This document shows positions 1-7,800 of a stretch of 31,224 nt of DNA, piece after piece. Origin of the DNA: a virus (taxonomy: Duplodnaviria > Caudoviricetes); the IMG/VR virus record IMGVR_UViG_3300036985_001915, positions 1 through 31,224 of that record; one strand, given 5' to 3'. The notes beneath the pieces were generated by a model. It was not told the origin of the DNA. It ran no database searches and saw only the letters and a program-made list of their open reading frames with translations. The translations under genes were made by a program, and so were the position numbers. Position 1 is the first letter of the stretch; the number at the start of each line of letters is the position of its first letter.

Positions 1-345
1 ACGGTGGCCAACCCTTTAGCGTTACGCGCGGGCTGCACCAGGAAGCCGATCGCTCGCGCGAGCCAGGAATGCTACCCAGGCGTGAAGGATCTGACGGCTT
101 CCGGTCCATCCCTGTCGACTACAGTGACGATCCCGCTGACGGCGGATGCTTCGTTGAACTTTGCAGTCACGGCCGTCAACACGAGGAACGAGTGGAGCGA
201 CTACTCGAACGAATTGCGGAAGATGGTGCGGCTCACAGTGACCAGCACCGCGCCGCCGAGAGCGCCAGTGGCGACGAGCGTGACGGTGGGAGTGACGTGT
301 ACTACCGACAGCCCGACGGCGACGTGTACTTTCCGGGTCGAGTAG
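1..345 (+). CDS. Partial (5'-truncated) fibronectin type III-like / Ig-like protein
   Basis: Frame is open from the window edge. LNFAVTAVNTRNEWSDYSNE resembles the C-terminal strands of FN3 domains, followed by a Thr/Val-rich tail (APPRAP...). Convergent with the late operon. Confidence 0.55.
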   Translation, partial: TVANPLALRAGCTRKPIARASQECYPGVKDLTASGPSLSTTVTIPLTADASLNFAVTAVNTRNEWSDYSNELRKMVRLTVTSTAPPRAPVATSVTVGVTCTTDSPTATCTFRVE

Positions 346-415
346 AGTGCGTGGAATGCACCCGCGGGATCTGCCCGCCGTGCAATGAACAGCCGCCGCC
401 TGGATGGCGCCGGCT

Positions 416-721
416 TTAAGTCCGGTGGACCAGGCTGGCGACCATCGTCTCCAGCCGGTCCAGAGTCTTGCGGATATGCGCCACTTCTCCAGCCAGCACC
501 TCCTGCGCCTGGCGAACGTGCCCCACCTCATCGCCGAGCTTCTTTTCGAGCACGAGGATCTCTTTCGACATGGCGTTCTGCTTTTCCGTCACGGGTAGTA
601 CATCCTCGCGTATCTGCTTTCTAACCTGCCCCATCAGGGCGATGTAGCAAACCGTCAGCAGAGGCACAAGAACGATTAGCGCCTGCATCAGTTGGCCAAT
701 GAAGGCGCCGTTATCGTTCAC
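416..721 (-). CDS. Membrane-anchored coiled-coil protein (holin- or i-spanin-like), last gene of the operon
   Basis: One N-terminal hydrophobic helix (LMQALIVLVPLLTVCYIALM) followed by a heptad-like coiled coil. Start overlaps the stop of the upstream gene (4-nt overlap). Confidence 0.6.
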   Translation of the reverse strand: MNDNGAFIGQLMQALIVLVPLLTVCYIALMGQVRKQIREDVLPVTEKQNAMSKEILVLEKKLGDEVGHVRQAQEVLAGEVAHIRKTLDRLETMVASLVHRT

Positions 722-951
722 CCTGGGAGCGCCGCCGCCGCTTCATCGAGCTTCTTCTCGATCTCAGCCCACGGGTCGACCTTCACCACCTTCAGCTGCG
801 CCACAAGCGCGGCCTCGTACTCGTCGATCGGCTTGCCGGCCTGGTACAGATCGGCCACGCGATTCAGCACGCTTGCCGCCTTGTCGTTACCGCGCAGCTC
901 CTGAAGGGCGGCCGCCGAGCGCAGCAAGGACAGAATGAACGCCTCGGTCAT
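718..951 (-). CDS. Small helical protein, paralog of 948..1187
   Basis: 77-aa ORF, ATGA-coupled to the upstream gene. Aligns by eye with its neighbour (LLRSAAA..LRG..AA..L.R.A..Y.AG..ID). Confidence 0.7.
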   Translation of the reverse strand: MTEAFILSLLRSAAALQELRGNDKAASVLNRVADLYQAGKPIDEYEAALVAQLKVVKVDPWAEIEKKLDEAAAALPG

Positions 952-1187
952 GACAGGAACTCCTTCTCGGCCGCATCAATGCGCGCCGTGATGTCTTCCC
1001 AGCTGGCCATCTCGCCGCCTTCGTTCAGCAGCTTGGCGATCTCGCCCATGTGGGCATCAATCGACCGGCCGGCCTCGTAGGCCAGCGCCAGCCTGGTCAA
1101 TGCGGTCGCGGCAGACGCCTGTCCCTGGAGTTGCAAGCCGACAGCTGCGGCGCGCATCAGGGCGATCATCAGAAGTTGTACGGGCAT
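948..1187 (-). CDS. Small helical protein, paralog of 718..951
   Basis: Start reassigned to ATG at 1187 (MPVQLLMIAL), preceded by the RBS-like GAGGA. Similar to the downstream ORF. Confidence 0.7.
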   Translation of the reverse strand: MPVQLLMIALMRAAAVGLQLQGQASAATALTRLALAYEAGRSIDAHMGEIAKLLNEGGEMASWEDITARIDAAEKEFLS

Positions 1188-1197
1188 CGTTTTGTCC

Positions 1198-1608
1198 TCA
1201 GTTGGTGGCAAGTGCGGGGAACAGGATCGGCGCGCTGGTCACTTGGCGCCGCGCAGGCTTGATGATGTCGATCAGGCGCGACAGCTGGATGGCAGCTCGG
1301 GAGAGCGCGGCCGTGAGCTCCGCCTCAGTCTGGGCAGACCTGGCGGCTGCGTAGTTGTCGGACGCCAGGCGCACCTCGTCGAGCGCCGGTGCCGCCACGC
1401 GGACCACACTCTGGGCTCGTTCCAATGCCGCGCCAGCCAGGTCGCCGTTCGCCTTCATGACGTTGAGCTCGGTCAGGATGGCCAGGTAGTGTTCACTCAT
1501 CACTTTGGCAGTTTCTTCGACACCTTCCGCCGCCTTGTATGCGTCGCGGGTGCCGGCGCAGCCAGTCGCCATGATGGCAAGCAGCACGATCAGTAACTTA
1601 TTTCGCAT
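1198..1608 (-). CDS. Lipoprotein (possible spanin-like lysis component)
   Basis: Signal peptide II pattern MRNK-LLIVLLAIM-ATG/C (Cys17). Ala-rich helical mature region; lies next to a holin-like gene. Confidence 0.7.
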   Translation of the reverse strand: MRNKLLIVLLAIMATGCAGTRDAYKAAEGVEETAKVMSEHYLAILTELNVMKANGDLAGAALERAQSVVRVAAPALDEVRLASDNYAAARSAQTEAELTAALSRAAIQLSRLIDIIKPARRQVTSAPILFPALATN

Positions 1609-1873
1609 CGCTGTCTTCCGTTGGTTGTGGATAGTATTTCGACGGAGCCAGCGGGCTCCTGGTCACCTTGCGCAGCCCCGCCCTGGTGGCGATGGCGTAC
1701 AGGTGCTGGAAAAACGTGCCAGTGGCGCCGGCCAGCAGGATAACCCAGGTGACGGTCGGCACGTCGGCCAACTCCTTGATCCCCGGCACAGTCAGCAGGG
1801 TGACGACACCCGTGACGATGGCGCCGAGCCAGGCCAGGACCGCCGCGATCACAGTGTTTGGATTGTTTGTCAT
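1598..1873 (-). CDS. Putative holin (two TM helices)
   Basis: 91 aa with two hydrophobic segments and a basic C-terminus. ATGA-coupled to the giant gene. Confidence 0.6.
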   Translation of the reverse strand: MTNNPNTVIAAVLAWLGAIVTGVVTLLTVPGIKELADVPTVTWVILLAGATGTFFQHLYAIATRAGLRKVTRSPLAPSKYYPQPTEDSDAK

Positions 1874-4800
1874 GCTTCAGGTGTCTCCTGCATTGGTTGT
1901 TGATCTGCCAGGCCGCTCACCTTGCTGACGCCTTCGATGGCCGCCTGGGGGTCGATGCCTTTCTCGGCCATTTCCTGTTTCGCCCGCTGGATGGCTTCCA
2001 CCACGTCACGCGCGTACTTGTTGCGTTCTCGGGTCAGCTCCCAGATGGCCAGGCGTTTCTCGTCGCCAGTCATCTGCCGACTCATGCGGATGTTGTCCTG
2101 GGCAACCCGGATGGTTCGCATGAACTCCGTGGCATTGAGCAACGGCGGATCCGCGAGCCCCTGTTTCTTGATGAGCGCCAGCTCGAACTGGTTCTCGGGC
2201 TTCGACAGGTATTCCGCCGCGTCCATGCTGACGCGCTTCATCATCAGCGAGGAAGTCTTGGCGACTTCTTCTGCCCGCTCGACCATCTCATAGAGATCAT
2301 TCACATGCTTGGAACGCCTGGTCGGGCCTTCGTTCACGAATCGGTCGATCGTGCCCTTGACGACTATGTTCTCTTTCCACGTTTCGCCGCGGGTCGGCTC
2401 GAATCCGTACTCCCCCTCGGGAAAGACTTCGCCCGTGATGACGTCCACATACGGGTCGGAGTTGGCCTTGATGAGCTCGTCGGACGCAGCCAGGAACCAG
2501 GTGCCGAGCGTGCCGAAGTAACCGCGCACGCGGTAGTCCATTTCGATCGGGCTGATACCCATCTTCTTGCCCGCCTCGATCATGGTCCGGCTGGTGTAAT
2601 ACTGGAACTGCTGGGACGCATCCACGCCCTGAAGGTACTCCGGCACGATCGGCGCCCCCGTGAAGTCCTTGTTGCGCGACAGGTCGAGCTCGGGCTGGAA
2701 CACTTGTGGCGTCGGATCCAGCGCGAAGGCTTGCAGGAACATCCAGGAAATGGCGTCGGCGAACTCCTTGCCGTCCTGCTTCTCCAGGTACTCCATGAAC
2801 CGTTCTGGCAGCGTGGCGAAGATGTTGCCGAGCTCGAACGGCTTCGGCAGCAGGAAGTAATCGTCCTCGCCGGTGCCGTTGAAGAACACCCAGTTCAGAT
2901 CCTTCACGTCCTCGGGCAGCTCCTTGTAACGCTCGTCGTCCTTGTTGAGCGCATACAGCGCCAGCGTCGCCGTGGTCAGCAACGCCCCTTTCACCGCCAG
3001 GTTGATGGCCGACTCCCTGGTGTCGAGCGCGCGCTTGTTCCGATACATGCCCTGCACCCGAGCATTCATGAACGGCACGGCGATCGCCAGGAAGCGCGCG
3101 ATCTCGCTGGATCCCTTCATGGCGAAGTCGGTGGAGATTTCACGCGACAGGAATGCGGAATGACGCGGCCCGAATTCTTCGAGGTTAGCCTTGAACTCTG
3201 CCAGGCGGTTGGCGTTCTCGAACCGGCCCATGAACCGATCGTATATGGCGAACAGGTGCGTGGGGTTGACCACGGTCCTGCGCTGCGCCTCCAGCCCCTG
3301 GGAGCGACTGGAGAAGCCGCCGCCGTTGAGCAGCATCAGCTGGTAGTCCTGGTCCTCATGAAGCCGGCTGAAGACAACACGCAACGCGCGGAAGAATGGC
3401 ACATGGACCCGGCTGGAGAGCATCCACGCCTGGGTCGAATCCCGGACGAAGTTGATGGTCTGGAATGTGGGGATCGCCACGGTGCCACGTCGCAGCGCCG
3501 CACTGAAGCCGCCGACAATCATCAGCGCCAGGTTCGTGCCCTTTGGTCCCAGGAACTCCATCGAATCCCACAGGTCGCGGTCGATCACCTCGAACCACTT
3601 CTTCTCGCCGTTCTCCAGGTAGTACGTCACGTCGCCCGATGGATCCTGGTTGAACTGCCAGAACTGGGTCATGGGCTCCAGGCCCGCCACCATGGAGTCG
3701 ATCAGCGCCACGAGCGCAGCCTCCTGCGGCCCCGAGTACATGCCAGTCGACTTGGCGAACCGATACTGTTTCATGGTGTAGCCCATGAGCTCGACCACCA
3801 GCTTCGTGATCTGCTCGGAGTCGATCTCCACGGGCTTCGTGTCGGTGCCGATCGGCGCGGCGAACACGCCGGCCAGTGGATCCAGACCGCCGGCGTTGCC
3901 GCCCATGCGGCCCGTGCGATCGCCCAGGACGCGGAACAGGTCGCGCTTGCCGTCGTTGACCATGGCGAACCGGATCAGGTTGCCGTTCTGCTGGATGATG
4001 TTTTCCCAGATGTCGCCGACGTTTTGACTTCCACCCTTCAGACGCATGAACGGATTGCCGCTCGCCTTCAGCTTCCGGCCGTCCGCCAGGGACTCAAGCA
4101 CCCGATAGAACGGAACGTAGTTCTTGTTCATCTCCTCCATGGCTTTGCGGGACTTCGCCGACAGCACGCCAGCCGCCTGGGCGAAATCCAACATCCGCTT
4201 GTTGTAATCCTGATATCTGTCCCAGATGCCAGCCGCCTCGGGGTTCTCGCTTTCGTAGGTCAGCCAGCTGGCGATCTCGTCCGGCCGCCACAGGATCTCG
4301 CGGCCCTGCTCCATCAACTCCCTGGCACGCCTGGCCAGCATGTAGTTGCCCATGGAGTCGTTGCCCCAGAAGTCGCCGAAGATGTCCTTCAGCCCCTCGC
4401 CCGTGAACTCCAGCCCGCGGCCGTCAGCCCGATAGCCTGGTGTTCCCCAGAAGAACGCCGCCTCCAGCACGCCGTTGTGCCCGCCGATGGCGATGCGCAG
4501 CTTTTCGTATGCCTTCATCACTTGCGGGCTGTTCATGCGCTGGCCGATCTTCTTGATGCCGCGCAGCCCGTCCAGGCTCGCCTGCGTCCAGCTCGACGGC
4601 CACAGCTCCTTTATCTTCTGGATGAATGCCGGGATGGCGGTGCCGGTCTTGCTGGCGAACCGCGCCCGTGCGCCCTGCATCGTCCAGGCGTGCATCAACT
4701 CCTGGAGATCCCAGACGGCGGCGCCCAGTGTCGGGTGCTGTGCAAGCGCAGCCTGCCAGGCGTTGTAGAACGATGGGGCGCGACTCATCGCCTCAGTTTC

Positions 4801-7800
4801 CTGGGTCAGAAACAGCCGCATGAATTCCGCGAAACCTTCCTCGGTCGACGTGGCGTCGTAGCTGACGCCGCGCAGCTCCTGCTTGAAATTGCGATACAGC
4901 TGACGCACCCAGGGATGACGGTCGTCGATGTAGTGCGCGATCTCGTGCGCAGCCACCTCGATGTCGTTGTGGAACTTGATCCTGGTGGCGCCCTGGCCTG
5001 GCAGGTAGAAGCCGAGCGTGCCGCGGCCCTTCACCCGGCCCTGGTATATCCGGTTGCCGAAGTATTTCCGCATGACGGCGATGATGTGCTCGCGCCGGAC
5101 AGGCAGTTTCGGGATCCGCACCGTGCGGCCGTTGCCAAGCACCAGCAGGTTGTTGGCGTTGATTGGCAATTTTCCCATCTTGCCGATCATGGGGACGTAG
5201 TTCGTGCCTGGCGCCATTCTCGGCATGGCGTTGTTCTGCACGGAAAGCGTCGCACCTGGTGGCCGCTCGCCACGCGCAGCTCGGGTGCCGGCTCGCTCCT
5301 TCTCGTCCTTCTTGCCCTTCATGGTGGCGTCGGCTTCGCTCTTGTTCGGCCCGATGCCCCAGGTGATCTTGATGCCGGGCATCATGCCGCGGTCGGAGCG
5401 CACGGTCTGGCCAGCCAGGATCCCTTCAGCCAGACGGAGCGCCGCCTCCAGCTCGTCAGCGTTCTCGGATCCGAGCACGAACTCGTCGCCGCCAATCCGA
5501 TACGCCTGCACGCCGGTCTGATCCAGCGCCTCGGCAATGGCGATCAGCAAGGCATCGCCCGCCTCCATTCCCATCTTGTCGTTGACCCACTTCAGGGAGT
5601 CGGCATCGATGACAGCCTGGTGTTTCAGGAATGCCGCCTCCTGGTCATAAGCACGGCGGTTGCCGATGCCGGTCAGCTGGTCGGTGAAGATCCCCTTGAT
5701 GAGCTCGTCGGTGGTCATCTCGGCGATCCCCTCGGCGCGCGTCCGGCCGTTCTTGTCTGGCCGTTCGACATCGCTGTTCAGCTGGCGCAACTCGGGATCC
5801 GATCGGGATCCGTCGAAGCCGTCGAAGTCGTTGGTCTGGCGGCCTTTGCCGATGGCAGTGTGAATCTGCCCTGGCGAGAGCACGAACACCTGGTCGATCT
5901 CGCCGGTCGCCGCGTCGATCAGAATGGCGGCGTCCTGGCCCTGCGCGCGCATGGCTTCGACATCCAGGCCGCGCTCGACGAAGTTGAGCCAGGCGTCACT
6001 GCCATCCATCGCCCTGACGATCAGCGGGTTCTGTGCAGTCAGGAACACGGGATACATGGCGCCAGCCGTGCCCTCGTCGGCGAACAGGCCGTCGGCGAAC
6101 GCTTCCGCATATCCTGGGTCCGGCGTGAAGTAGGCGCCGTTCCGGGTGGCGAACTGGTCGATCTGCGGCCCTGGCCTGCTGCCGTGGTACATCACCAGCG
6201 GCCGGCCCTGCTCGTCAGCGATGGCGCCAGCGGGGATGGCATCCTCGAATAGCTCGTTCTGGTCCTGCGCCTGGCTGAACAGGTCGCCCTTGTCGCCAGT
6301 CTCCACTGAATCCTGGCCCTGGTTGCGCTTGCCGTCGCGGCGCCGGAGCTCGTCCGCGATCGCCTGCTTCATGGAGTTGTTCGGCCCGGTCAGATCCTCG
6401 ATGGTTGGCGTCGGCGGAGGCACCAGGTGGATGACTTGCGGAACGCCGAATACCTGGCGAAGCACCTTCCAGCCGGACGGGTTCTTGGCGTCCCCGTTCT
6501 CCATGGAGGAGTTGTCCCACTGGATGACGATGCCATCGTAGCCCCTCGCCCTGGCCTGCTGGGTCATCTGCTCGGCCCATCGCTTGAGCATGTCGGCTCG
6601 AACGTCGGCGCTTACCTTGTGGGACCAGGGGTTGAGTTGGGCATCCGCAGTCCTGGACCAGTGCGCGCGTAACTGCGTGTCGCTGCCGAAGACCAGTGGA
6701 TTCTTTATGGTCACGTCATACCCACCCGGCCGGCCGCCGAATAGCGCGCCGTTGGTCGCGTCCCAGGCGTAGTACGTCTGGTCGCCGAATAGCGGGAAGC
6801 CGACATGGGATCCGTTGGGGTCGGCATTCATGGCGCCGTTGCCGCGGAAGCCGTGGAAGTTGAACGGCACGCCCCTTTCCGCCGGATACATGGCGGGGTT
6901 CATGACCGGGAACTGGCCCGTGCTGGCGCCCGCGACGATCGCTCGCCTCTGCTTCCTGCGCGCCTGATTCGTGAACGACAGTCGATTCCCGAGCGCCACG
7001 TCCTTCAAGTAGTCGAAGCGCGCATCCGATCCTGGGGTCACTCGGGTGTAACGGCCCGCAGGCAGCACCAGCGCCACACCGCTTTTACTGTGGGAAACGG
7101 TGATCTTGTCGCCAGGCCCGATCAGGTACGAGCTCGTCGTCAGCGGCGACTTGCCAGGCGGGTTCAGCAAATCGAGCTTTGCCTTGTTGCGACCAACGGC
7201 CAGCACCCGATAGCCGCCTTTTCGCAGGACGATGCGCTGCAAGTCGAGCCGGGTTCTCAGCCAGTCCGTGGTGATCTTGTCGGCTGGCATCGTGGTCACG
7301 CCGCGAACAATGAGCTTCGAGTCGACCAGGATCAGCGTCACGTCATCCGGTCCAACGGCGCCTTCCGCCATCAGCTGCCGCACCAGGACGTGCGTGTTAT
7401 CCGGGTTGGTCAGGCTGCGCGTGGTGTCTGACTCGTACATGACTGGCGGCATCAGGTCCGTGGCGCCGAAGTCGAAGTCCCGCCGCGTGGCGTTGCCGTC
7501 CTTCGTGATCGTCGAGTAGTTGTTCGTGTCGATGACCACATGACCGCGGAACATCGGACCAAGAGCGGTCGCGTATGCCTTCGTGACGGTCAGATCGTTC
7601 TGGCTCGCTTTCGATTCGCCCGCCGGGTGGTTGTGCATCAGGTAGATGCCCGTGGCGCCCATCTCGTTCGCGTGGCGTTTCATCTCGTCGAACCAGCCGG
7701 CGCCGTCCGCGAAGCCTTCGGCGATTGGAATGCTCGGTCGAACGCTCATAGGCATCCTCGTACTCAGGCCCAACTGGCCGAGCACGGTGCCATCGTCCGC

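Noticed and set aside
5305-5690. Hypr-type (cGAMP-forming) GGDEF
   Set aside because: The guanine-specifying Asp in the G-x-x-x-G-D motif is retained rather than replaced by Ser, so c-di-GMP is the default prediction.
1858-6252. 1464-aa plus-strand ORF antisense to the giant gene
   Set aside because: It mirrors the real gene codon for codon. Strong GC3 bias removes antisense stops, and the product is a His/Leu/Val-rich shadow with no motifs.
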